42,177 nucleotides of DNA. It comes from a virus. The first letter of the stretch is position 1. Each line of letters opens with the position of its first letter. The stretch is taken from IMG/VR virus record IMGVR_UViG_3300012929_000013; one strand, given 5' to 3'. Under the pieces are notes generated by a model. That model was not told the origin of the DNA. It saw only the letters and a program-made list of their open reading frames with translations, and ran no database searches. Both the position numbers and the translations under genes were made by a program. This document shows positions 8,961-16,578 of the stretch, one piece after another.

Positions 8961-9401
8961 TCAGAACTCCCTTTCAAGAAAGACGTGCGTCGAGAGCCAG
9001 CCATAGGGCTTCATCACGCGCTCCATTCCCTTGCGCGCGAGAGCCTCTCCGCCGGTGCAACCCATCGAGATCGCCCATTCCTCGATCACCGCGATGTTGC
9101 CGATCCAGCGCTCGATGTCGTCGCCGCTGGTAGCAAGAAAGCGCAACATCCGGCGGCCTGGATAGTTGATGATTTCGGTTGTCGCGATAGCGACAATCCG
9201 GCCGTCTTCGACCGCCGACCAAAGCTGAATGTCCCTGTCGCGCACCGCCTTGACAAGCTCAATGGCGCGAAACCGTCCCTTGGTGCGCGCGCACAGCCGC
9301 TCGATAAATGGCGCAATCTCACCCCAAACGTCGATGAGGTCGCTTGCCAGAACACCGCGCAGAACCGGCGGCGGCGTCTCGATGCGCTCGGCCGCGCTCA
9401 T
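8961..9401 (-). CDS. Hypothetical protein (146 aa), possible GNAT-like fold
   Basis: Track ORF. The pattern DIQLWSAVEDGRIVAIATTEI...IEEWAISMGC...ARKGMERVMKPYGW loosely resembles acetyltransferase-fold phage proteins, but there is no clear R/QxxGxG motif. Confidence 0.3.
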   Translation of the reverse strand: MSAAERIETPPPVLRGVLASDLIDVWGEIAPFIERLCARTKGRFRAIELVKAVRDRDIQLWSAVEDGRIVAIATTEIINYPGRRMLRFLATSGDDIERWIGNIAVIEEWAISMGCTGGEALARKGMERVMKPYGWLSTHVFLEREF

Positions 9402-9880
9402 TCCGCGATCAATCCCTTGGACAGCATGTCGGCGAAGGACATGCTGCCGAGATCGCTTTGTGTTGCCATGCTACCGCCGAGAAGGCCGCTGTAGCCGGCA
9501 TTGCCTGGATTGCCGCCGAACATGCTGCCGAGCATGCCGAATATCCCTGGGTTGGCATCCGAGCCGCCACCCTTGCCCATCGCGATAAGACTTTTGAGCG
9601 CTGCCATTTGCTTGGGGTCGCTCATCAAGCTCTGCATCGTCATCGGGCTGGCGCCTGCGGCACCAGTAGGCGCCGTCGGCCCCGTCATATGCGGCGTGAA
9701 AGGCTGTCCGCCGCCACCGCCACCCATACCCATCGGCAGTTGCGGGGCCGCGTTCGCCATCGGCATGCCGGGCATCTGGGCACCGCCGGGCATACCGGCC
9801 GCACCGCCGCCGTACATCCCGCTGAGAAGCCCTTGCGGCATGTATTGACCGAGAAATGGCGATATCGGCATGGCGGTCAC
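9398..9880 (-). CDS. Gly/Met/Pro-rich low-complexity virion protein candidate (160 aa)
   Basis: Track ORF with an ATGA overlap to the downstream gene. The function is inferred only from its position. Confidence 0.7.
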   Translation of the reverse strand: MTAMPISPFLGQYMPQGLLSGMYGGGAAGMPGGAQMPGMPMANAAPQLPMGMGGGGGGQPFTPHMTGPTAPTGAAGASPMTMQSLMSDPKQMAALKSLIAMGKGGGSDANPGIFGMLGSMFGGNPGNAGYSGLLGGSMATQSDLGSMSFADMLSKGLIAE

Positions 9881-9908
9881 CCCAGGATTATGGCGCGGTG
9901 CATCCGCA

Positions 9909-10688
9909 TCATCGGTTGGTCCCTTGGAAATTCAACATTCCCGGCATTGTCTGCCACATGTCAGGATGCAGCAATCCATAGACCTGCGGCCCCAAAGAGC
10001 CACCGCCGACCGAGCCTTGCCCGCCGCCGAAATTGCCTTGAGAGCCGCTGAAAGCGCCGCCAATGCCGCTGAGACCGCCGCCACCGCCCCCAAATATTCC
10101 AGCGCCAGGACCGACATTCCCCGGCGTTCCGCCAAAGCTTACGGTACCCATCGGCGTGCTACTCAAACCAGCCCTCTCTGCTGCCATGGTGGCAACGGAT
10201 TTGCCCCCCGTCGCGATGCTGGATATCGAGTTCGGAATACCAAGACCAGCCAATCCCGCCGCCATATTGCCGACAAGGCTGGCCGGCGATGGCCCGCTAA
10301 AGGAGACACCAGGTCCTGGTCCCATGGCGCCAACACCAACATCGGCAACGCCTTGGGTGCCATGCGTTCCGCCCGGTCCGCCGGTGCGATTGCCGCCGCC
10401 ACCTTCCGCTTGACCGCCCTCGGCGCTTGAGTCGCTCGATCCCGTGCCGGGACCTCCCGTATCGCCGCCGCCGCCATGGCCGCCTTCGGCGCCCGGCCCC
10501 TCGCCGCCACTCTCGCTATCGAACTCCAAAAGTCCAGTGCGTGGGTTTCTGTCGCCAGCGCCGCCATGCGCCTTCAAGAGCGCCACCTCTCGCCGGTTCA
10601 GATGAGCCAGCACGGTATCGCCGCGCTTGCCCATGCGCTCCAGTAGTTTCGCCGCATGCCTAAGCTCCTGATTTGTCAATGTCATCAT
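9909..10688 (-). CDS. Gly-rich virion protein candidate (259 aa)
   Basis: Track ORF. A structured N-terminus (GDTVLAHLNRREVALLKAHGGAGDRNPRTGLLEF) is followed by long Gly runs. Confidence 0.7.
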   Translation of the reverse strand: MMTLTNQELRHAAKLLERMGKRGDTVLAHLNRREVALLKAHGGAGDRNPRTGLLEFDSESGGEGPGAEGGHGGGGDTGGPGTGSSDSSAEGGQAEGGGGNRTGGPGGTHGTQGVADVGVGAMGPGPGVSFSGPSPASLVGNMAAGLAGLGIPNSISSIATGGKSVATMAAERAGLSSTPMGTVSFGGTPGNVGPGAGIFGGGGGGLSGIGGAFSGSQGNFGGGQGSVGGGSLGPQVYGLLHPDMWQTMPGMLNFQGTNR

Positions 10689-10692
10689 TGAA

Positions 10693-11034
10693 TCACCCCA
10701 GAATTACGACGCGGTGCGTCCGATCGACGTTTGCGTTATTGGCATGCGTCACGACAGCACTTCCCTTTTTCAATGTCGATTGCGCGACATAGAGCGGCCC
10801 GACCCGGCAATCGACATCGGCATTCGCCGTCATCGGCATGAAGGTCAACTGACTGTAGTAGCCGATGCGGCTGTCGGTGATCGTCGTCGCCGCCGCGTTC
10901 GCCGTCAGCGTGACATCGAGCGTGACGTTCATCTTGCCGCCGCGAAGACTGTTGATCGCGCGCGCCAGCTTGCGGCGGTGCTCGTCGGCATCGGGTTCGA
11001 AATCGGGGACGAGGGCGAAGGTCGGCGCGGTCAT
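10693..11034 (-). CDS. Hypothetical virion protein (113 aa)
   Basis: Track ORF with an ATGA overlap to the upstream gene. Confidence 0.7.
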   Translation of the reverse strand: MTAPTFALVPDFEPDADEHRRKLARAINSLRGGKMNVTLDVTLTANAAATTITDSRIGYYSQLTFMPMTANADVDCRVGPLYVAQSTLKKGSAVVTHANNANVDRTHRVVILG

Positions 11035-11423
11035 TGTGCCGATGCATCTTCAATTTTAGCGCCATCCCAGTTTCGACGCGCTCTTTCAAGAGCATGCTCT
11101 TTATTCATGCCCTTGATCTCGTCGAAAAACGGCTCTTGTCCAGGGATGGTAACCTTGACCGGCTGAGAGTGTGGATAATTGCTATTGTCAAATCCGACGT
11201 TTGGGCCATTTTTGCGAAACCCCATGAGCGAATTCGGGACATTCGCGTACGGCCGCAAATTACCGACACCCAGAGATGTCGCGATTGGATCGTTAGCCAT
11301 GATGTATTTTAGCCGATCAGACAGAAGCCCCATTGAGCTGGCGGTGTCCCGTGCCTTGATACTCTGAGACAAAATACCCGGTCCAGAAAGCCAATCGTTG
11401 ATTTGATCGAGAAATCCACTCAT
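11031..11423 (-). CDS. Hypothetical protein (130 aa), lower-GC patch
   Basis: Track ORF, overlap-coupled on both sides. Local GC is visibly lower than in the flanking sequence. Confidence 0.7.
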   Translation of the reverse strand: MSGFLDQINDWLSGPGILSQSIKARDTASSMGLLSDRLKYIMANDPIATSLGVGNLRPYANVPNSLMGFRKNGPNVGFDNSNYPHSQPVKVTIPGQEPFFDEIKGMNKEHALERARRNWDGAKIEDASAQ

Positions 11424-12943
11424 CTCTCACCCACCGGCACGACATCGATATCGATGCCCTGCATCTGCGTCCACGGATCGCCAGCCGCCATCTGGATGTT
11501 GTAGCGAACGAAGCGCCCGGTCACCCGCTCGCGGCAGTACCCCAGACTGTTGATGGCGACATAAGGGCCGGCGATCTGCGCATCGATCAGCCGGTCGCGC
11601 GTGATGACCGAGACGCTCGGCGACGAGCCGGTGCCCTCGACGGTCGGAAAGGCGCGGCTGACCATGACGCGCCGGCCCGGCACCGGCTGCCCCTCCGAGG
11701 TCTGCAACGTCGCCGCCATCGAGGCGCCGTTGAAGTAGTTCATCTTGTGCGCGCTATCGAAGCCGGCGAGCGCCGCCTTGCCGCCGGTCCACACTCGGCT
11801 GTCGAGCGAAAATGGCAGCGTATCGAGCGTGAAGCCGAGCGCGTCGAGGCCGTCCAGCGTGTAACCGAATGTCAGCGAGCGGAAGATGTACTCGACGTTG
11901 ACGCTGATGATGGACCAGTTGTCGACGGCCCAGTTGTAGATCAGCAGCACGTTCGGATTGCCGCCGCTATTGCCCGAGAACGGCACCGCCCAGACGATCA
12001 GGCGGTTGACCGGATCGACCGCGGCGACGATGCGGAACATCTTCGATTGATCGACATTCTCGAAGAAATAGCGGTCCACCCGGTCGATGCCGATCGGCTT
12101 CGATTGGGTACCGTCGAAGACATAGAAGCCGTCCTCGCCGAGATAGTAGACCAGGGCGCCGAGCTGCACGATCGAGCCCGGCGCCGGCGTCCCGCGTACC
12201 CCCTCGGCCGGCAGGAAGTAGAAGATGCCCGGCGGCCCGGCGTAGATGACACGCACAACCGCGTGCTCCATGAAGAGCGCGCCATCGGCGGTGCCGAGAT
12301 TGCCGACGATGCCCTGAATCCACCCGCCGTCGCCGTAGAGATTCTGGCTGTCGGACTGCACCGCCGCCGCCGAGGCGGTGCCGAGCGTCGGGAAATTGGT
12401 CGGATCGTTGAGCGCGCTCCACCAGGCGCATTGCGGCTGATTGCCGAACACCGCATCCGTCGTGTTCGCCAGCATCAGGAAGTTCTTGATGACGGCGCAG
12501 TAGCGCGCCTTCGGCGCCCCGGCCGAGAGCAGCGAGAAGTTGCTGTCGATATCGATCGCGAAGACCTGCGGCGCATCGATGTAGTTGGTGGCGATGACCT
12601 TGCCGTTCATGAAGGTGAAGCGCCAAAAGCCGTCCGCCGGCGGAGCATAGGCGCCCCCGGCGAGGCGCGAGACATCAACCCATGTCGTCGAGCCCGAGGC
12701 CAGGCGATAGAGTTTTGTCGCGTCGCCGGCGAAGTTGAAGACGTTGCCTGACGTGTCGAGTTCTGAAATGGCGCCCTGGCAGCGCGCCGTCAGCGCACCC
12801 GAGTAGACGGCGAGCGAGGGGAACGGGCCATAGCTCTTGTTGGTCACCGGAATGACGTTCAGCATGACCGCCGAGCCGTCATTGTTGTAGTCCGGCTGAT
12901 CGGGCGCGAAATCCTGAATCTTGAGGCTGTAGGTCTGCGGCAT
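11420..12943 (-). CDS. Tail tubular protein B-like (nozzle) protein (507 aa)
   Basis: Track ORF immediately downstream of the gp11-like adaptor, in T7-like order. The sequence is beta-rich and repetitive (YYLGEDGFYVFDG...). Confidence 0.55.
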   Translation of the reverse strand: MPQTYSLKIQDFAPDQPDYNNDGSAVMLNVIPVTNKSYGPFPSLAVYSGALTARCQGAISELDTSGNVFNFAGDATKLYRLASGSTTWVDVSRLAGGAYAPPADGFWRFTFMNGKVIATNYIDAPQVFAIDIDSNFSLLSAGAPKARYCAVIKNFLMLANTTDAVFGNQPQCAWWSALNDPTNFPTLGTASAAAVQSDSQNLYGDGGWIQGIVGNLGTADGALFMEHAVVRVIYAGPPGIFYFLPAEGVRGTPAPGSIVQLGALVYYLGEDGFYVFDGTQSKPIGIDRVDRYFFENVDQSKMFRIVAAVDPVNRLIVWAVPFSGNSGGNPNVLLIYNWAVDNWSIISVNVEYIFRSLTFGYTLDGLDALGFTLDTLPFSLDSRVWTGGKAALAGFDSAHKMNYFNGASMAATLQTSEGQPVPGRRVMVSRAFPTVEGTGSSPSVSVITRDRLIDAQIAGPYVAINSLGYCRERVTGRFVRYNIQMAAGDPWTQMQGIDIDVVPVGER

Positions 12944-13602
12944 CAGAACCTCGTCGCGGCGATCCGGCCGGACGAAATGCGCGCCGTCGATGAACGGGTC
13001 AGCGACACATACGCCATCTCCTCAAGCGGCGAGAAGAAATCCTTGCCGGCCGCTTCCATCGCGCCGACCATTTGCATTGCCGTGTCATCGTTCTGATAGT
13101 TGAGCTTGAGCGCCTGCTTGGCACGCGCGCGGATCATCGCCTCGCCGTCCGTCGTCCAGGAATTGGTATCCGCGTCGGCCGAGAGCGTGGTCAGCTGCTT
13201 CACATAGCTCATCAGCAGCGCATAGATGGCGTCCGGCACCGGATAGAGATAGAGCGTATTCTGGTAATAGACGAACTGCCCCGGCACGGCCTTGCCGACC
13301 GTCGTGTCACGCAATCCCAGACGCGAGTACCACGCCCAATCGCGGCGTCTGAGGCCGTAGGGATGGCCGCCATAGGTGACATCGATGGTGTCGATTTCGA
13401 GGAGATCGCTCGGCACCGCGACCGAGTTGGCCGAGGCGGCGGTCGAGAGCGTCGTTTGCGCCTCGTTGAACCAGAAGCGCTCGCGCTCATAGTGCTGAAT
13501 CGCCGAGAGGATTTCGAGCTTGATCTGCGCCGTGGTGACCGTGGCGCCGGTCAGCAGCTCGTCGGCGATGCGGTTCTGAAGATCGACGTAGGTGCCGGTC
13601 AT
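12943..13602 (-). CDS. Tail tubular protein A-like / adaptor (219 aa)
   Basis: Internal start MTGTYVDLQNRIADELL... of track ORF 12943..13965. The pattern (I..AI..YERERFWFNE...VP.D) resembles T7 gp11-type adaptors. There is an ATGA overlap with the upstream gene. Confidence 0.6.
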   Translation of the reverse strand: MTGTYVDLQNRIADELLTGATVTTAQIKLEILSAIQHYERERFWFNEAQTTLSTAASANSVAVPSDLLEIDTIDVTYGGHPYGLRRRDWAWYSRLGLRDTTVGKAVPGQFVYYQNTLYLYPVPDAIYALLMSYVKQLTTLSADADTNSWTTDGEAMIRARAKQALKLNYQNDDTAMQMVGAMEAAGKDFFSPLEEMAYVSLTRSSTARISSGRIAATRF

Positions 13603-13841
13603 GGCTTGCCATCGCAACTGCGGACATGGAAGTGCATGCCGCGGCCGATGTAGCGGCCGCATTTCGAGCAGATGCCGGGGGCGAATTCCTTCGGCGGCTC
13701 GCTGGCGCGTTCTGCCGCGCTCGGCGCGGCGACCGGCGTCACCTTCCAGGGCTGCGGCTTCGGCGGCTCGGGCAACGGGAGCGGCGTGACGGTCGCATGC
13801 TCGGCCGCGTGCAAAGCCTGCCAAATCTGCCGGCGTCTCAT
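13599..13841 (-). CDS. Small Pro-rich protein with C-terminal Cys/His cluster (80 aa)
   Basis: Track ORF, overlap-coupled at both ends. It contains CSKCGRYIGRGMHFHVRSC. Confidence 0.55.
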   Translation of the reverse strand: MRRRQIWQALHAAEHATVTPLPLPEPPKPQPWKVTPVAAPSAAERASEPPKEFAPGICSKCGRYIGRGMHFHVRSCDGKP

Positions 13842-14314
13842 GCCGCTGCCTTTCCCTTTTGCATACGAGAGAATTCAAACCACAGATGTTTTGCCCATTC
13901 GGCATCCGCCAAAGCATTATGATCGTCACCAGCCGGGCGCTGCATGGAAGGATTGCCAACGGCATCGGCCAATTGCCTCACGTCTCGACAAAACATCGGC
14001 CATCCCTCTGGAAGGTCCATCATGGTACCGTAGAGTTGGCATAGAGCCACCCAATCGTAATCCGCGTACCAAGCCCAGAATTCTGGCTCCGCTCCAACAA
14101 AGTCGCGAATAGAATCGGCGATAGCTCGGCGAGTCATCTTATATCCTGACAGGGATGGGAAAACGTGTTTCCTCACCCATTCGGATGCTAGCGACAAATC
14201 ACATTGCAAGCTTTCAGCGTAGAAAACAGCGCCATTTTCAGCAACGATACCTATCGATATCAAGTCAATCGTGTGACCATCATCGATGAATTCAGTATCA
14301 AACCAAAATTTCAT
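13838..14314 (-). CDS. 3'-5' exo(ribo)nuclease, DEDDh / Rv2179c-like (158 aa)
   Basis: Internal start MKFWFDTEFIDDGHTIDLISIGIV... of track ORF 13838..14458, with the C-terminal motif HNALADAEW. It sits in a marked low-GC patch. Confidence 0.7.
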   Translation of the reverse strand: MKFWFDTEFIDDGHTIDLISIGIVAENGAVFYAESLQCDLSLASEWVRKHVFPSLSGYKMTRRAIADSIRDFVGAEPEFWAWYADYDWVALCQLYGTMMDLPEGWPMFCRDVRQLADAVGNPSMQRPAGDDHNALADAEWAKHLWFEFSRMQKGKAAA

Positions 14315-15027
14315 GCGACACTCTCCGCTATCGGAAACCGGCGCACGCGCAGCGCCTCGTCGAGCCAGCGCGGCTGCGTCGTCTCGGCGGTGCCATTCGT
14401 GAAGTGCAGCAGCTTCGGCACCACGTCCGGCATTTGCTCGCCGACGAGGTAGTTCCACTCGACCGGCAGCGCGCCGATTTCGGCGTCATCGAGCCAGCAG
14501 AAGCGGTGCAGATAGCGGCCCGGAAGCGTGTTCACCATCTCGACGGTAAGCCGGCGGTTGCCAGGATGGTCGGCATTGATCAGCATCAGGCTCGACCAGT
14601 TCTTGCGCGGATAATCGAGTTGCATCCGGCCATCCATCTTCGATCGGAGCGTATAAACGTGGTGCTCGTGTTGCACGCACATGACCGCGTAGCGATCGTC
14701 GGCGAGGCTGAAAAGCCCGGCGATGTCGGCGAGCGCAAGCATGTCGCACTCGCCGAACATGCACCATCCGGTTCTTTGCAGGTGGGGGACCAGGAACCGG
14801 GTGATGGCAAACTCGGTACTCATCGGCGCGCCGGAAATCACGTCCCACGATTGCCCCTGCTTGAGAATCTGCTCGCGCCTGTAGAGCCCCTCGTGACGTA
14901 ATGCCTTCTGCATCAACGGCCGGATGTGCAGCGCTGCCGACGATTGCCGCTCCAGCGAGTTGCGGAAGACCTGGAAGGATAGCGGCTGCCGCGTGTCGAA
15001 GCCGATGTGAAGGTCGAGCGTCTTCAC
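14311..15027 (-). CDS. Glycosyltransferase family 8-like protein (238 aa)
   Basis: Track ORF. FAITRFLVPHL, GECDMLALADI (DxD-like) and LLHFTNGTAETTQPRW (H-x-x-G...PW-like) fit the GT8 retaining-transferase pattern. Confidence 0.6.
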   Translation of the reverse strand: MKTLDLHIGFDTRQPLSFQVFRNSLERQSSAALHIRPLMQKALRHEGLYRREQILKQGQSWDVISGAPMSTEFAITRFLVPHLQRTGWCMFGECDMLALADIAGLFSLADDRYAVMCVQHEHHVYTLRSKMDGRMQLDYPRKNWSSLMLINADHPGNRRLTVEMVNTLPGRYLHRFCWLDDAEIGALPVEWNYLVGEQMPDVVPKLLHFTNGTAETTQPRWLDEALRVRRFPIAESVA

Positions 15028-15200
15028 GGCAGCCGCCCCATCATCGCATTATGCGCGGCAACATGACGACGCGCTGCATCACGATACGGTGCCCATTCTG
15101 CCTCGCTCTCGGCCATCGTAATCCTGGCGGAATCTTCGCTTGGCTCCAACTCCACCTTCCAAATGGCAAAGGCGACCTGATCAATGATGGGATCGTTCAT
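15024..15200 (-). CDS. Hypothetical small protein (58 aa)
   Basis: Internal start MNDPIIDQVAFAIWKVELEPSEDSARITMAESEAEWAPYRDAARRHVAAHNAMMGRLP of track ORF 15024..15410. It is overlap-coupled to the GT8 gene. Confidence 0.5.
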   Translation of the reverse strand: MNDPIIDQVAFAIWKVELEPSEDSARITMAESEAEWAPYRDAARRHVAAHNAMMGRLP

Positions 15201-15205
15201 CAGTT

Positions 15206-15610
15206 TCACTGCACGCTCCGATGCAGCGACGGCTTCGGCGAGACGCCCGGCGCCGCCATGCCAGCGTGGCGCAACGCCACGATGGCGAGACCGATGATGC
15301 GCGCCGAGGGCCACTCGTCGGGCTGATCGAAGACCGTATAGCCCATGGTGCCGTGCTCCAACTCCCCGGCCTTCAGCGCGTCGCAATGGTGCCGGTAGAA
15401 GGCGGCCCAATGCACCATCTCCTCATCGCCGAGCGCCGCCGTCGCCGCGAGGTTCCACACTTGCGCCGTCCACTCCAAATCCTCGTGATCGAAGCCAATG
15501 GCGGCGCGGTCCGACCTCACCGACATGCAGAACAGGGTGAAGAGAAAGCGCTCCGGGTTGTCGTCCGTCAGCACTTGCTTATCGATCGGCACCATCGGAC
15601 GGGCGCTCAT
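15206..15610 (-). CDS. Hypothetical protein (134 aa)
   Basis: Track ORF with protein-like composition and an ATGA overlap with the upstream gene. Confidence 0.6.
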   Translation of the reverse strand: MSARPMVPIDKQVLTDDNPERFLFTLFCMSVRSDRAAIGFDHEDLEWTAQVWNLAATAALGDEEMVHWAAFYRHHCDALKAGELEHGTMGYTVFDQPDEWPSARIIGLAIVALRHAGMAAPGVSPKPSLHRSVQ

Positions 15611-16578
15611 GCGACGTTCTCCGCCTGATCATGCGACGGCCCCTCTTTAATCCTTGTAGAAGTAGCCTTATCGAACTGATCCAAGATCAACTCAGCATCG
15701 TCGTCCCTGCGCCAGACGATGCGCCGGTTCGGTGCGCTGAACGGCAGTTGCGAGCCCGGCGGGATACCCATCAGTTCCATCCATTCCGCTGTCGGGTGAA
15801 AGTGCAGTCTACCTGTCTGATCAGCCATCAGGCGCTTTTCGAAGAGGTGAAGGAAGAACAAAAACGGCCGCTTGGCGTCGAGGTAGCACAGCGAAAACGG
15901 GCCGCCCGAGGCCGAAAGGTTCATCACCGCGGCATCGTAGAGCGCGGCGCGGATGTCGAGGTCGCAGGCGGCGAGCGGATCGGGGAATTCCGCAAGCCAG
16001 ATCGCCTCGCCCATCTTCCCGGTGTCGGAGATGAAAACCGGCCAGTATCCGCGCGATTTCAAACCCAGATGGACATCTGTCCAGGTCGCTATATTTGAGT
16101 TGCGCATGACGCTATGCGTACTGCGAAGCGTAATGGTGACGAGATTTTCACCACAACCCCATAGCCGCTTAACATGCTCGCGCGCCCGCTCGCTCGCCTC
16201 GAAACGCGGTACCATGCCGGCATCCATCGCCCGCTTCGCCACCGAGATCAGGAACGATTTGTCCGGCTCACCGTTGCCGAAGGTCAGCGGATAGAAGACC
16301 TTGCTCTTGAACGCCTCCGCCTCCTCGCGCCGGCGCAGCACCGTCACCGTCGCGCCGATCATCCGGCATAGCGGCACCAGAATGTGATCGACGCGCCAGA
16401 TTTTCTCCGCCGTCGAGATCGGCTTGTGATCCTCTTCTTTGAAGCCATCGCCCGGTCCCGGCACGATGACGACATGCAGATTCTCGCCTTGCGCGAAATG
16501 CTGCGCGCCGATGAGGAAGTGCATGAAATCGAAGCTGACCGGCGAGACAGCGAGATCGTAGAAGGCGAGAAGGGTCAT
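15607..16578 (-). CDS. Hypothetical protein (323 aa), possible GT-B-like glycosyltransferase partner
   Basis: Track ORF. The segment LVTITLRSTHSVMRNSNIATWTDVHLGLKSRGYWPVFISDT resembles the second Rossmann half of GT9-type enzymes, but the match is weak. Confidence 0.3.
   Translation of the reverse strand: MTLLAFYDLAVSPVSFDFMHFLIGAQHFAQGENLHVVIVPGPGDGFKEEDHKPISTAEKIWRVDHILVPLCRMIGATVTVLRRREEAEAFKSKVFYPLTFGNGEPDKSFLISVAKRAMDAGMVPRFEASERAREHVKRLWGCGENLVTITLRSTHSVMRNSNIATWTDVHLGLKSRGYWPVFISDTGKMGEAIWLAEFPDPLAACDLDIRAALYDAAVMNLSASGGPFSLCYLDAKRPFLFFLHLFEKRLMADQTGRLHFHPTAEWMELMGIPPGSQLPFSAPNRRIVWRRDDDAELILDQFDKATSTRIKEGPSHDQAENVA

Noticed and set aside
12943-13965. Long N-terminal extensions of track ORFs 12943..13965, 13838..14458, 1399..2625, 744..1253, 20608..21525, 29979..30878, 31195..31740 and 29004..29345
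   Set aside because: The extensions overlap the upstream gene in another frame and are Arg-rich. Internal ATGs that overlap the upstream stop (ATGA or TAATG) give compact, coupled genes.
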